DNA of 64,000 nt from Anaerolineales bacterium (GTDB taxonomy: Bacteria > Chloroflexota > Anaerolineae > Anaerolineales > E44-bin32): positions 148 through 64,147 of the forward strand of contig JARGGH010000018.1 of the NCBI GenBank assembly GCA_029210945.1, written 5' to 3'. Both the position numbers and the translations under genes were made by a program. Numbering within the stretch: the first letter of the stretch is position 1; every line of letters begins with the position of its first letter. Under the pieces are notes generated by a model, which ran no database searches, was not told the origin of the DNA, and saw only the letters and a program-made list of their open reading frames with translations. Positions 46,222 to 57,041 of this stretch are shown here, piece by piece.

Positions 46222-47169
46222 CTAAGGTTGACCGGGTTTCTCAGGCGCCTCTCGCACGATGTACAGCGGCCGGCCTTTGGCTTCATCATAAAGCCGACCA
46301 ATGTACTCGCCCAGAATTCCCAATGATATTAATTGTACGCCACCAAGGAACAATACGGCGATCAGTGTTGTTGCCTGCCCGAAGAAGGCCTGGCTGCCCA
46401 TCAAGCGCAGCGCGATCACGACCGGGATCGCCAGGATGCTGATCCCAGCACTGAAAAAACCGAGATAGGTCGCGATTTGCAGTGGAAAATACGAGAATCC
46501 GGTGATCGCATTCAACGCCAACCGCAGCATCTTCCTGAATGGGTATTTCGTCTCGCCTGCATAGCGGGCCGCACGCGTATAGGGCACACCAATCTGGCGG
46601 AACCCGACCCAGGCGACCATCGCCCGCGGGAAGCGGTGGCGTTCGCGCATGCCCGAGAGCACGTTAACAACCTGGCGGTCCATCAAGCGGAAATCGCCGG
46701 TGTCGACCGGGATATCCACGTCGGTGATGCGATTGATCAGACGGTAGAACAACGCCGCCGTCGCTTTCTTAAACCAGGTTTCGCCCTCACGCTCGGCCCG
46801 GACAGCGTAGACGACTTCAAATCCATCACGCCACTTCTCAATCAGGTCGGCGATCACCTCGGGCGGGTCCTGCAGATCGGCGTCCATGATCACGACCGCC
46901 TGGCCGCGGCTGTAATCCAGCCCGGCCGTCACGGCGATCTGGTGGCCGAAATTGCGGGCAAAGATGACAGGCTTGATATGGGCATCTTCCTGGGCCTTTG
47001 CGAGGATCCAGTCGGTCGAGCCGTCGGTCGAGCCGTCGTCGATCAGCAGCAGCTCCCACGGTTCGCCCACCTGCTCCATGATCTCGGTCACGCGCCGGTG
47101 CAGTTCGGGGAGCGATTCGACCTCGTTGTAGACAGGCACTGCGATGGAGAAGACAACATCCGGTTCCAT
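46222..47169 (-). CDS. GT2 glycosyltransferase (GtrB/ArnC-like) with 2 C-terminal TM
   Basis: [43 protein letters not shown]. Confidence 0.94.
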   Translation of the reverse strand: MEPDVVFSIAVPVYNEVESLPELHRRVTEIMEQVGEPWELLLIDDGSTDGSTDWILAKAQEDAHIKPVIFARNFGHQIAVTAGLDYSRGQAVVIMDADLQDPPEVIADLIEKWRDGFEVVYAVRAEREGETWFKKATAALFYRLINRITDVDIPVDTGDFRLMDRQVVNVLSGMRERHRFPRAMVAWVGFRQIGVPYTRAARYAGETKYPFRKMLRLALNAITGFSYFPLQIATYLGFFSAGISILAIPVVIALRLMGSQAFFGQATTLIAVLFLGGVQLISLGILGEYIGRLYDEAKGRPLYIVREAPEKPGQP

Positions 47170-47187
47170 CGATTTCATCCTTCCCAA

Positions 47188-48453
47188 CTACGCTTCAAGT
47201 GCAGATTGCAGCGCGCTCAACAGTGGTTCGATCACAGGCGCCTTACCGGTGGCTTGCATACTGGCGCCCACATCTTTCAACCCGCTGCCGGTGTTCATCA
47301 CAAGCACTTCATCGTTCGCCCCGATGAGCCCCTGCTCGATGGCGACTTTCATGCCTGCATAGGCTGTCGAGCCGGCCGGCTCTGCAAAGACAGCGACGTC
47401 CTTGCCGAGTTCAACCATCGCATCCAGAATGGCCTGATCGGAAACCGCCAGGTAGGCACCGCCTGTCTCTGTCGCGGCACGCAGCGCCCGCAGGCCATCG
47501 CGCGGCAGGTCGACCGAGATGCTGTCCGCCAGCGTGTCCGCTGCAACCGGCTTGATCTCTTCTGTGCCGGCGCGATAGGCGTTCGCGATCGCTGCTGAGC
47601 CTTCCGATTGGATGCCGTAGATGCGCGGCACGCGCTCGATCCATCCCAGCGAGGATAGCTCTTTGAAGCCTTTGTGCAGTCCGGAAATGATGTTCCCATC
47701 ACCGACGGAGACGAAAACCGCATCGGGCACGTACCAGTTAGATTGCAGAGCCTGTCCGACCATCCCGCTCAATTGCTCACAGATCTCAAACGCGGCGGTC
47801 TTCTTGCCTTCGGCGGTGAACGGGTTGTAGCCGGTGTTGCGGCAGTACCACCCCAGAGCGTTGGCGGCTTCGACGCTGAGATCGAACGCGTCGTCGTAAT
47901 TCCCATCGACGAGGAACACGCGCGCGCCGAAGATCATCAACTGGGCGACCTTGGCTGGCGGGGCCGTTTTCGGCGCCAGAATGACCGCCGGATGGGACGC
48001 TGCCGCTGCCATACCGGCGAGCGCCGCGCCGGCGTTACCAGTGGAGGCGGTGATCGTCACCTCCACACCGGTCTGCTGGGCGCGCGCCACGACAACCGCG
48101 CTGGCACGGTCCTTGAACGAGGCGGTCGGGTTGCGGCCGTCATCTTTGAGCCAGAGCCTCTTCAAACCAAATTCAGCCGCTTTTACGGACAGATCGAAAA
48201 CCGGCGTCCAGCCTACTGCCCACAGCGGCGTCCCGGTATGCCCCGGGTCGGCCACAGGCAGCAGATCGAGATAGCGCCAGATCGAGAAATCCCTTGAAGC
48301 AGCAATTTTTCCTGGGGAGGAGGTGTTCTTGATGCGGTCATAATCAAGGATCACATCCACATTCCCGCCGTCGTTTGGGCAGGTGTAAGTCAGTTCGTCC
48401 TGTTCATACGTCTTCCCGCAAACAGAACAGCGATAACCGATAAAAGACTGCAT
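47188..48453 (-). CDS. thrC: Threonine synthase-like PLP enzyme
   Basis: N-terminal CxxC..CxxD, NPTASFKDR, ASTGNAG, SVGDGN, AEPA, TGSGLKD. Confidence 0.82.
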   Translation of the reverse strand: MQSFIGYRCSVCGKTYEQDELTYTCPNDGGNVDVILDYDRIKNTSSPGKIAASRDFSIWRYLDLLPVADPGHTGTPLWAVGWTPVFDLSVKAAEFGLKRLWLKDDGRNPTASFKDRASAVVVARAQQTGVEVTITASTGNAGAALAGMAAAASHPAVILAPKTAPPAKVAQLMIFGARVFLVDGNYDDAFDLSVEAANALGWYCRNTGYNPFTAEGKKTAAFEICEQLSGMVGQALQSNWYVPDAVFVSVGDGNIISGLHKGFKELSSLGWIERVPRIYGIQSEGSAAIANAYRAGTEEIKPVAADTLADSISVDLPRDGLRALRAATETGGAYLAVSDQAILDAMVELGKDVAVFAEPAGSTAYAGMKVAIEQGLIGANDEVLVMNTGSGLKDVGASMQATGKAPVIEPLLSALQSALEA

Positions 48454-48457
48454 GTTA

Positions 48458-49447
48458 TTAGCTTTCTCCTGAACTGCTCGGCGAGAACGGCTTCCCCAGT
48501 GCAGCCGGGGGTCTCACTCGTAGAATATGACGCAACCTTGATTGAAAGCGCCTAGGCGCGAACAAGATTAAGCGCTCGCTCACGTCGCTCCCAACCAATG
48601 TCAGAACCGTGATCATCAAAACCCACGGAAGCGCGTTAAACGCCACGACAGACACCTCCGGGAAACGGCGCTGAAGCACGGTTGCGAGCGCTTTGCTTGC
48701 CCCGAACAGCAGCGCGCCAAGCGCGCCGCGTATCGGCGACCAGCCACCGAAGATCACGATCGCAAGGGCGATCCACCCCAATCCGCGCGTGTGCCCTTCG
48801 CTCCAGCCAAGCTTGATATCCAGTGAGTATGCGGCGCCGGCGATGCCGACCAGCGCACCACCTACGATCGTATATAGATATCGCAGCCGCTGAATGTTCA
48901 CGCCGCGCGCAAAACCGGTTTCGGGGCGATCCCCGGCGCTGCGCAATTTCAATCCTGGCTTCGTGCGGAAGATCCACCACCATGTGAGACCCACCAGCAC
49001 GAACGCAAAATACACAACCGGATCATGATCGAAGAAGATCGGGCCGATCACCGGGATGTCTTTCAAGATCGGGATCCCCCAATGCCGCACCGATTCTCCC
49101 GGGATGCGTGTGTAGTTCTGTCCCAGAAAAGCGCTCAATTCCTCACCCAGAAGCGTGAGCACGAAACCGACCGCGAATTGATCTTTGCGCAATCGGATGG
49201 TGCTGAATGCCAGAATAGAGGCGAACAAACCGCCAATCAGCGCAGCCGCCAGGAAACCCAGCCACACACTTCCGGTAAGCAAGCCGGCGATGAAACCGAT
49301 CATAGCTGAGAGCAGCATGGTGCCATCAAGCGAGAGATTCACGATTCCGGCCCGCTCGGTGATCGTTTCACCACAAACCGCGATCATCAGCGGGGTCGCC
49401 TGCAGCACGATCGAAGAAAGCACGCGTACCCATTCAACTTCATTCAT
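48458..49447 (-). CDS. Nucleoside-type ABC transporter permease
   Basis: GETITERAGIVNL, GLGWIALAIVIFGGW. Confidence 0.92.
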   Translation of the reverse strand: MNEVEWVRVLSSIVLQATPLMIAVCGETITERAGIVNLSLDGTMLLSAMIGFIAGLLTGSVWLGFLAAALIGGLFASILAFSTIRLRKDQFAVGFVLTLLGEELSAFLGQNYTRIPGESVRHWGIPILKDIPVIGPIFFDHDPVVYFAFVLVGLTWWWIFRTKPGLKLRSAGDRPETGFARGVNIQRLRYLYTIVGGALVGIAGAAYSLDIKLGWSEGHTRGLGWIALAIVIFGGWSPIRGALGALLFGASKALATVLQRRFPEVSVVAFNALPWVLMITVLTLVGSDVSERLILFAPRRFQSRLRHILRVRPPAALGKPFSPSSSGES

Positions 49448-50495
49448 CAGCCAGCGCCTTCCCTCCTCTGGATCCAAAAATACCCAGTTGGCGATAGTCC
49501 CCGAACAGCAGGACAAGCAGGACCATGACGCTGGTCAGAATCCCTCCAAGCGAAGAATGCAGCTGTGTTCTCAATTGGAGCGAGATGCTTCCACTTAACA
49601 CCGCCGAGAAAAAGAACGCGACAAACGGCACCAGCACAACCCGGAAGAGCGCAAGCATAACCACCAGGAGCGCCAGGAAACCGATGCCTCCTGAAATGCT
49701 CTGGCGAAGACTGTCGAACCAACTCAGCACGCGCACAGAGCCACCCAGACCAGCCAATGCTCCGCAGAACATCATCGCCAAGATCATCTCGCGTTCGCTC
49801 GACACCCCGAGCAAGAAGGCTGATTTCGGATTGCGCCCCAGAGCATCCAACTTCAGCCCCCAGTAGGTCCCGCGTAAGATGAAGTAAACTGCAGCCAGCG
49901 CGCCAAGTGTGAGCGCGATCGAAAGCGGGCTTAAACGCGAAACGCCAAGCAGCGGGAACAGCGCTTTCTCCGGGAAAGGAACGGTGCCACGGAACGTTCC
50001 ACCTTCAGGCGGCTGCCATGGCCCCGAGATGAGATAGTTTGTAAAGATGATTGCGATGTTGTTGAGCGCAAGCCCGCCGAAAATTTCATGCACCCCACCC
50101 CGGGTCTTAAAGATCGCGACAACGCCAGCCCATAGAGCACCGGCTGCCATCGCCACGAGGATCTCAGCGACGAGCAGGATCGGGCGCGGGGCGTCGAATC
50201 GAAGCGCCAGCCAGCTGGACGCGACGGCGCCCATCACGATTTGCCCCTCCACACCGATGTTCCAGAGCCCAGCCGTGAACGCCACCACAAGACCCGCGGC
50301 GGCGAGCGTTAACGGCACCCAGAACGCAGCCACGCTGAGCACCTTGGCTTCAGTGCCAAAAGCCCCTTGAAGCAATGCGCCAAACCCTTCGAACGGTGAG
50401 ACTCCAAAAAGGAGCAGCAGACCGCTTGTGATGACTAATGCGCCCAGGACGGGCGCCAGCGGCCAGAGTCTTCTCAGCCATGCGCGCCCGGTCAC
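49440..50495 (-). CDS. Nucleoside-type ABC transporter permease
   Basis: GLWNIGVEGQ; multiple TM segments. Confidence 0.92.
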   Translation of the reverse strand: MTGRAWLRRLWPLAPVLGALVITSGLLLLFGVSPFEGFGALLQGAFGTEAKVLSVAAFWVPLTLAAAGLVVAFTAGLWNIGVEGQIVMGAVASSWLALRFDAPRPILLVAEILVAMAAGALWAGVVAIFKTRGGVHEIFGGLALNNIAIIFTNYLISGPWQPPEGGTFRGTVPFPEKALFPLLGVSRLSPLSIALTLGALAAVYFILRGTYWGLKLDALGRNPKSAFLLGVSSEREMILAMMFCGALAGLGGSVRVLSWFDSLRQSISGGIGFLALLVVMLALFRVVLVPFVAFFFSAVLSGSISLQLRTQLHSSLGGILTSVMVLLVLLFGDYRQLGIFGSRGGKALADE

Positions 50496-51955
50496 AACTC
50501 GCCCCCGATCATATGGCCCAATTCGTCGGTTGTCGTTTGATCGGCTGTGACGATCCTGGACATCTGACCTCCGGAAAATGCTGCGATGCGGTCGCTTCGC
50601 TCGATAATTTCATCCAGGTCGGCGGAGAAAAAGATGATCCCGGCCCCCTCGGCAGCGCGTTGGAACAGCACCTGCCAGATCCACTCTGCGGAACGCACAT
50701 CGAGACCGCGCGTGGGATGCTCTAACAATATCAGCCGGGCTGACTTGCGCAGCAACGCGAGCAGCGCGCGTTGTTGGTTCCCTCCGGATAATTCTTCAAC
50801 CCTCGAGGTCGATTGGCCGACGATCTGGTACTCATCTATGCGTTCTTCTGTCAACTGCTGGTAGCGTTCACGCTGGATGACAAATCCATGCTGCGGCTCT
50901 GCCAGCACGAAATGGTCAGTAAGGCTCAACCCCTCGACCAGTCCTTCCTCCAGGCGCCCAGAAGGCATGTAAGCCACACCTTCCTCCCGGCGCTTGTGGT
51001 ACCCAAACCTGGTCATATCCCGCTCTTCGATGATGATCTTGCCGCTCTCGGCCTCGACCAATCCAGCACACGCTCGCAGCAGCAACTGCTGGCCGCTCCC
51101 CTCTAACCCCGCAAGGCCAAGCACCTCGCCGGCATGCAGCTCCAGATTCAGCGGACCGACAAGAATACGTCCATCGGAAAGCTGCAGGTCCTGCAGCTGC
51201 ATGATCGTATGCTCACGAATGTATGATGCACGCTCTGTCCGTTTGGGAAGCTCCTCAAACATCAGCGAAACGAGGCTCTGTTTCGTGGCCGGCAGAGTGA
51301 CTCCACCGACCTTCCTGCCACGCCGCAGAACATAGACCTCGTCACAGAGTTCCTGGACCTCAGACAGTTTGTGTGAAACAAGGATGATGATCTTGCCATC
51401 TTTCCCAGCGAGCTTCTGCAGTGAATTGAAGAGCTGTTCTTTCTGGTCGGCGCTGATGCCGGTTGTAGGTTCATCGAGAATCAACAGGTCCGCGCCAAGT
51501 GATAAAAGCCGAATGAGTTCAAGCTGCTGTCTCTCACCGAGCGAAAGTGTGTCGATATAGGCGCGCGGGTTCACTTCAAAGCCGACCGTGCTCGCAAATG
51601 CGGTCAGTTCCTCCTCCGCCTTCCCCAGATCAACAGCCAGCGCCCCGCTGCGACCGAGGACGTAGTTCTCCACTGTCCGCATGCTGGGCACATCCAGGGG
51701 ATCCTGGTAAATCATGCCGATCCCTGCCGCCAGCGCGTCGGCGGGCGAAAAGAACGATCTATCTGTCCAATCAATTACGATCGTGCCATGATCAGGCTTA
51801 TGATAGCCAGAGAGGACCTTCATTAACGTCGTTTTTCCGGCACCGTTTTCGCCCAGCACGCCGTAGATCTTGCCAGGCTCGAACTCCAATGTGATGCCAT
51901 CATTGGCTTTCACATCTCCAAAGTGTTTGTGGATATTTTGAAGCTGAATATGCAT
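50492..51955 (-). CDS. ABC transporter ATP-binding protein (tandem NBD)
   Basis: GENGAGKT, LDEPT, LSGGNQQ. Confidence 0.94.
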   Translation of the reverse strand: MHIQLQNIHKHFGDVKANDGITLEFEPGKIYGVLGENGAGKTTLMKVLSGYHKPDHGTIVIDWTDRSFFSPADALAAGIGMIYQDPLDVPSMRTVENYVLGRSGALAVDLGKAEEELTAFASTVGFEVNPRAYIDTLSLGERQQLELIRLLSLGADLLILDEPTTGISADQKEQLFNSLQKLAGKDGKIIILVSHKLSEVQELCDEVYVLRRGRKVGGVTLPATKQSLVSLMFEELPKRTERASYIREHTIMQLQDLQLSDGRILVGPLNLELHAGEVLGLAGLEGSGQQLLLRACAGLVEAESGKIIIEERDMTRFGYHKRREEGVAYMPSGRLEEGLVEGLSLTDHFVLAEPQHGFVIQRERYQQLTEERIDEYQIVGQSTSRVEELSGGNQQRALLALLRKSARLILLEHPTRGLDVRSAEWIWQVLFQRAAEGAGIIFFSADLDEIIERSDRIAAFSGGQMSRIVTADQTTTDELGHMIGGEL

Positions 51956-51976
51956 AACGCCGGTAGGATCCAATCC

Positions 51977-52007
51977 GAGGGGAGAGCGTCATAGACGCTC
52001 CCCCCTC
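51977..52007 (-). terminator. Stem-loop downstream of BMP gene
   Basis: GAGGGGAGAGCGTC-ATA-GACGCTCCCCCCTC inverted repeat. Confidence 0.7.
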
Positions 52008-52030
52008 AGGTTATTGAGGTGTGATCCGAA

Positions 52031-53236
52031 CTATTTGCTCGGGCCTTCCATACCTTCTAGAAGCTGGGGCAGATACCAGATCTGCTGGCCGGTAGCAACT
52101 TCACCCTCCTCAAGATAGGTCGTCCCATCCTGAAGATTGAGGGGGCCTTTCCACACGACAACGTCGCCGGAGGCCATACCATCGATGAAGGTCTCAAGAT
52201 CCGCTTTCCACTCGTCCGTCAGGCCGGGTCCGTGAATCCAGCCAATCGGTGTCTTGGTGCGGTCATCGAGCGCGTCCCATGCAGCTTTGTTCCATTCCCA
52301 CTCCTGCTCCCAGGATCCAGCCTCAACCGCGCTGGCGGTCTCAAGATAGTCAGGACCCCAATTAAAGTAGGGGACACCCAGGCAGATCTCGGGTTTTTCG
52401 TCACAGGCGCCGACGAAGTCGTACGGCACTGCGAAGACGCGTTCACCTTGATCGGCGCGCTGGCCGCTCACTACGATCGCTTCCGTGGTATCGATCCCGC
52501 TCAGGACGACATCCGCGCCGGAATCGATAAAGTTCGTTGTGACCTCGGTGGGATCCAGGGTCACGCCAGGGATATTGAACCAGAATCCGATCCACGTCAC
52601 GGTGTACTCCAGATCATCGGGATCCATGCCACGGAACTCATCATAGCAGTAACGCGCGCCGAGATAGGCTGAGGCCGCCAGGCGCCGCGTCTCGAAATTG
52701 ATCAGCGGTCCGAGATAGGCCAGCTTGCCGGTCTCGGTTGCAAGGGCGGCCGCGCACCCGGCAACCGCTTTCATGTCGGGCATCCGTCCCATGATATTGC
52801 CAAGGTTTGGCGGAGCTTTTCCAGCATCTTGTCCTTCTGCCCAGGCATCATCACCCGAAATGCTGATGAAGGTGACCTCTGGATATTTCTCGGCCGCACC
52901 GAGAGTGTCCTCCTCAAATTCGTCAGAGGTCGTAAATACCAGCTGTGCCCCATCGGCGACCATGTCGTCCACAACGCCCTCCAGCGTCGCTTCGGGTTTA
53001 TCAGCCGGGTTCAGGCTTTCAAACACGATCATGCGTGCGCCAGGCATGTTCTCCTCGACATACTGCCCGCCCTCATAATGCGCCTGGCTCCAGCCACGAT
53101 CATTCTTCGGCCCAACGAGCACTACGCCGAAAACAAACTCCTGCTCCTCTTCCACCGTGCCGCCAGCGCAGGCGGAAAGCAAGAGCGCAGGGATGATCAG
53201 CAGTGCCATCAATCGAAATAGGAATCTCTTAGACAT
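52031..53236 (-). CDS. BMP-family ABC substrate-binding lipoprotein
   Basis: LSAC lipobox, DRGWSQAH, WIGFWF, FNWG. Confidence 0.92.
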   Translation of the reverse strand: MSKRFLFRLMALLIIPALLLSACAGGTVEEEQEFVFGVVLVGPKNDRGWSQAHYEGGQYVEENMPGARMIVFESLNPADKPEATLEGVVDDMVADGAQLVFTTSDEFEEDTLGAAEKYPEVTFISISGDDAWAEGQDAGKAPPNLGNIMGRMPDMKAVAGCAAALATETGKLAYLGPLINFETRRLAASAYLGARYCYDEFRGMDPDDLEYTVTWIGFWFNIPGVTLDPTEVTTNFIDSGADVVLSGIDTTEAIVVSGQRADQGERVFAVPYDFVGACDEKPEICLGVPYFNWGPDYLETASAVEAGSWEQEWEWNKAAWDALDDRTKTPIGWIHGPGLTDEWKADLETFIDGMASGDVVVWKGPLNLQDGTTYLEEGEVATGQQIWYLPQLLEGMEGPSK

Positions 53237-53414
53237 GTGATGCTTCTCCTGTTCGGATAAAGTCGTTCGGAGTTCTCTCCTGCATCCAGATCAATCTCTA
53301 TGTTGACGACCACCTCCTCCACTGGTTCCACACTGATGCCCAATCCCGAGAAAGATCGGTAGAGAACCGCTTCTGCCAGTGTCAACGGTCAGCCATCTTG
53401 TTCGCTCCACTGGG

Positions 53415-54371
53415 TCAGTGTTTCTCCTCACGGGCATAAGGAAGCCCTAAAGCGGCGGGAGCACCCAATCGCTTACTGATCGCCTCCCACCACGTGATGA
53501 TCACCAGCACAACAATCGTAAAGATATACGGCATCATGTTCAGAAATGGCGCCGGGATGGTCGTACCCGCCGCCTGCATGCGGAATTGGATCGCGTTGAT
53601 ACCGCCGAAGAGCATCGCGCCGATCACCGCCCGGAGCGGATCCCAGGTGGCGAAAATGACCAGCGCGATCGCGATCCAACCGCGCCCTCCGGTGATATTA
53701 TCCGCCCACCCCTGCAGGTAGCCCAGCGATAAATGGGCGCCCGCGACGCCCATCAACATGCCGCCGAAGATTGTGTAAATGTAGCGCGTGCGGATCACGG
53801 GAACACCCATCGCATCAGCAGCCAGCGGCTTTTCGCCAACCGCCCTCAAATGCAGCCCGGGCTGGGTCCTGTAGAGGAAGAACCAGAGCAGCGGGAGCAG
53901 CAAATACAGACCGTAGGTCAGCACATCCTGATTGAAGAAGGAAGGGCCCAGGATCGGAATATCGCTCAAGAGCGGCAGCGGGGTGCGCACAAATTTGGGG
54001 CCCTGGAGCCCGACCATGGTTGTGCCGCCCGGACCCAATCGCTGGCCCATGAAGCTTGCCAGGCCGGTGCCAAAGATGGTCAGCGCCAGACCGCTCACCA
54101 CCTGATCGGCACGCATCGTATTCGACAGGAAGGCGTGAATCAGCGCCAGTAATCCACCCACCAGCACGGCACCCAGCAGCCCGATCCACGCACTCCCGCT
54201 GTGGTATGAAACGGCGAATGCAGTCGCCGCGCCCATCATCATGATGCCTTCCACCCCCAGGTTGAGGATGCCGACCCGCTCGGTATAGATCTCACCCAGA
54301 GTCGCGTAAAGCAACGAGGTTCCCGCACGGATAGTAATTATGAGGATGGATACAATCAATGCTTCTGTCAT
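53415..54371 (-). CDS. Nucleoside-type ABC transporter permease
   Basis: GEIYTERVGILNLGVEG, GRGWIAIALVIFATW, PAALGLPY. Confidence 0.93.
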   Translation of the reverse strand: MTEALIVSILIITIRAGTSLLYATLGEIYTERVGILNLGVEGIMMMGAATAFAVSYHSGSAWIGLLGAVLVGGLLALIHAFLSNTMRADQVVSGLALTIFGTGLASFMGQRLGPGGTTMVGLQGPKFVRTPLPLLSDIPILGPSFFNQDVLTYGLYLLLPLLWFFLYRTQPGLHLRAVGEKPLAADAMGVPVIRTRYIYTIFGGMLMGVAGAHLSLGYLQGWADNITGGRGWIAIALVIFATWDPLRAVIGAMLFGGINAIQFRMQAAGTTIPAPFLNMMPYIFTIVVLVIITWWEAISKRLGAPAALGLPYAREEKH

Positions 54372-55456
54372 GAGAGCTCGTCTGCGGCAGCGGGCTCAGA
54401 GGGTCGGAGCAGACGGATGCGGTAGTTGACAAAGATCCAGCCCCCCAGCACGAAGAACAGGATCGCACCCTGCAGCACCAGCGCCACAGCGGCCGGAGTT
54501 TGAAGCGCGATCTGAATTTGATCGCCGCCAACAAGCAGCGCGGCCATAAAGAAGCCGACAAACAACACCGCCCAGGGGTTCAAATTCGCCATCCACGCGA
54601 CGATGATGGCGGTGTAGCCGTACCCGACGGTCAAGCCCTGGTAGAGACGGCGAGCAATCCCGGAGACCTCCGCCATCCCGGCTAGGCCAGCCAACCCTCC
54701 TGAGAGCAGCATGACGAGCAGGATATTTTTGCCGATGTTGATCCCGGTGTAGCGGGCGGCGCGCTGATTCTCACCGATAACCCGGATTTCGTATCCCCAG
54801 CGACTGCGGCTGAGAACGAACCAGACGATGAAGGCGGCGATAATCGCAAAAATGATCCCGAGGTGCACTCGCCCGACAAGGCGCGGCAGGATCGCCTCCG
54901 GAGGAAAGGGCGCCGTTCCAGGGAAACCATAGCCATCAGGATCCCGCCAGGGCCCGAGGTACAGGTATTCCACCATTAGGATGGCGATGTAATTCATCAT
55001 CAACGTGGTCAGGATTTCATTTACGCCGATGAACGCCTTCAGCAAAGCGGGTATTAAGCCCCAGATCGCGCCGGCGAGCATACCTAAAAGGACCATGGTG
55101 GGTATCGTCAGCGCACCAGGAAGCGAATCGCTCAGGAAGAGCGCAACGTAGGTCGCGGCGATGCCGCCCATCGCGAGCTGACCCTCCGCCCCGATATTCC
55201 AGAAAAGCATCCGGAAGGCAATCGAGACGCTCAGCCCAGTGAGCATCAATGGTATCGCCTTGACGAGCGTTTCTGTCAGCGCATACTGCGATCCAAGCGA
55301 ACCCACCGCCATCACGCGGTAAGCTTCCAGCGGGTTGACACCAAAAGCCAACAAGATCAGCGAGCCAAAGAGCAGCGCCAGGATGAATGAGATAATCGGG
55401 ACGAGGACAGCCGCGCGACGTGAGCGTGAGAGGCGCTTTTCAAAAACGATATTCAT
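54368..55456 (-). CDS. Nucleoside-type ABC transporter permease
   Basis: WNIGAEGQ, NEILTTLM, GYGYTAI. Confidence 0.93.
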   Translation of the reverse strand: MNIVFEKRLSRSRRAAVLVPIISFILALLFGSLILLAFGVNPLEAYRVMAVGSLGSQYALTETLVKAIPLMLTGLSVSIAFRMLFWNIGAEGQLAMGGIAATYVALFLSDSLPGALTIPTMVLLGMLAGAIWGLIPALLKAFIGVNEILTTLMMNYIAILMVEYLYLGPWRDPDGYGFPGTAPFPPEAILPRLVGRVHLGIIFAIIAAFIVWFVLSRSRWGYEIRVIGENQRAARYTGINIGKNILLVMLLSGGLAGLAGMAEVSGIARRLYQGLTVGYGYTAIIVAWMANLNPWAVLFVGFFMAALLVGGDQIQIALQTPAAVALVLQGAILFFVLGGWIFVNYRIRLLRPSEPAAADELS

Positions 55457-57015
55457 CGTGGCCTCCCATCATCTTCTATCGATGGGGTTTGAGAGATCCG
55501 TTTCTCGCCCGCCATCATCAACCCGAGTTCTTCTGTATCTGCCTCTTCATCGTCCACGATGCCCATAATCTCGCCCTCGTAGAAGACCGCGATGTGATCG
55601 GAAAGCTGCATCAATTCGTCCAGCTCCTCGGAGATCAAAAGGATCGCTGCGCCGTTATCGCGCTGCTCCAGAAGCGTCTTCCGGACCGCCTCGGTCGCGC
55701 CGACATCCAACCCCCGGCTCGGGTGCACCGCTACCAACATGCCGCTGCTTGCATCAATCTCTCGCGCCAACACGACTTTTTGCTGGTTTCCGCCGGATAG
55801 CAAGCGCGTGTCGGTCTGAATTGACGGTGTGGTGATATTGAAACCTTTCACAAGATTGCGCGCAAAATTTCGCAGCGCCTCATAATTGAGCAGCGGCCCG
55901 CTTGCCAGGGGTGGCCGCCGGTACGCCTTCATCGCCAGGTTATCGGAGACGGGCAGGTTAGGGACTAATCCCACCCCCAGACGATCACCAGGGATATGGC
56001 TTACACCAGTCTCGATCGCCTGGCGCGGCGTGCAGTTGGTGATCTCAACATCATTGACATAGATTGATCCGCCCGTCACCGGTCGCAAGCCGGTGATCAC
56101 CTCGGCGATTTCACGCTGCCCGTTGCCGGCTACGCCGGCGACACCCAGAATCTCGCCGCTGCGGATGGAAAAAGACATGCCTTTCAAGGCTGGCAGACCC
56201 TTATCGTTGAGCGCTCTAACGCCCTCGACGACGAGCACATCCGGCCCTTTCTGGCATGGTTCCTTTTCGAGGCGGAAGAGCACTTCGCGACCGACCATCA
56301 GGCGCGCTAGTTCGGATTTGGTCGTCTCGCTCGTCTTGGGCGTGGCGACGACCTCACCACCGCGAAGCACGGTCACCCAATCGGAAAACCTCATGACCTC
56401 GTCAAGTTTATGGGTGATGAAAATGATGGCCTTGCCTTCGGCTGTCATCTGGCGCAGGATATTGGCGAGTTCCTGCGATTCCTGGGGCGTTAGAACCGCC
56501 GTCGGTTCATCAAGAATGAGCATATCCGCGCCGCGATAGAGCAGTTTGAGGATCTCAACCCGCTGTTGTTCTCCAACCGACAACTGCCAGATAAATGCTT
56601 TTGGATCGACGTTTAAGTGATAACGTTTGGATAATTCCCGCACCTGCTCCTCAACCCGCTCGTGGTCGATCACGAACCGGGCTGGCCGCTGACCAAGAAT
56701 GACGTTTTCAGCGACGGTCAGGCTTTCTACCAGCATGAAATGTTGATGGACCATGCCTATGCCATGGTCAATTGCATCCCGTGGCGAGTTGAAGCGGACT
56801 CGATTTCCATTCAGAAGAATGAACCCTTCTTCCGCCTGGTAAAGGCCCGCCAGGACGTTCATAAGCGTGCTTTTCCCGGCGCCGTTCTCCCCCAGAAGCG
56901 CGTGAATGTGGCCGGGGGTTACCGTGAGGTCCACATCCCGGTTTGCCACCACTCCTGGAAACCGCTTGGTGATACCACGCATCTCGACTGCGCTGATCGT
57001 CTGTGATTCGCTCAT
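55453..57015 (-). CDS. ABC transporter ATP-binding protein (tandem NBD)
   Basis: GENGAGKS, LSVGEQQR, LDEPTAVL, LSGGNQQK. Confidence 0.95.
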   Translation of the reverse strand: MSESQTISAVEMRGITKRFPGVVANRDVDLTVTPGHIHALLGENGAGKSTLMNVLAGLYQAEEGFILLNGNRVRFNSPRDAIDHGIGMVHQHFMLVESLTVAENVILGQRPARFVIDHERVEEQVRELSKRYHLNVDPKAFIWQLSVGEQQRVEILKLLYRGADMLILDEPTAVLTPQESQELANILRQMTAEGKAIIFITHKLDEVMRFSDWVTVLRGGEVVATPKTSETTKSELARLMVGREVLFRLEKEPCQKGPDVLVVEGVRALNDKGLPALKGMSFSIRSGEILGVAGVAGNGQREIAEVITGLRPVTGGSIYVNDVEITNCTPRQAIETGVSHIPGDRLGVGLVPNLPVSDNLAMKAYRRPPLASGPLLNYEALRNFARNLVKGFNITTPSIQTDTRLLSGGNQQKVVLAREIDASSGMLVAVHPSRGLDVGATEAVRKTLLEQRDNGAAILLISEELDELMQLSDHIAVFYEGEIMGIVDDEEADTEELGLMMAGEKRISQTPSIEDDGRPR

Positions 57016-57041
57016 CGGTTGTTTCATCCGCTGTTAGATGT

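Noticed and set aside
46333-47598. Long plus-strand ORFs antisense to the operon (e.g. 421 aa here; also 36842-37789, 57244-58176)
   Set aside because: Shadow ORFs of high-GC coding genes with no recognisable motifs or RBS.
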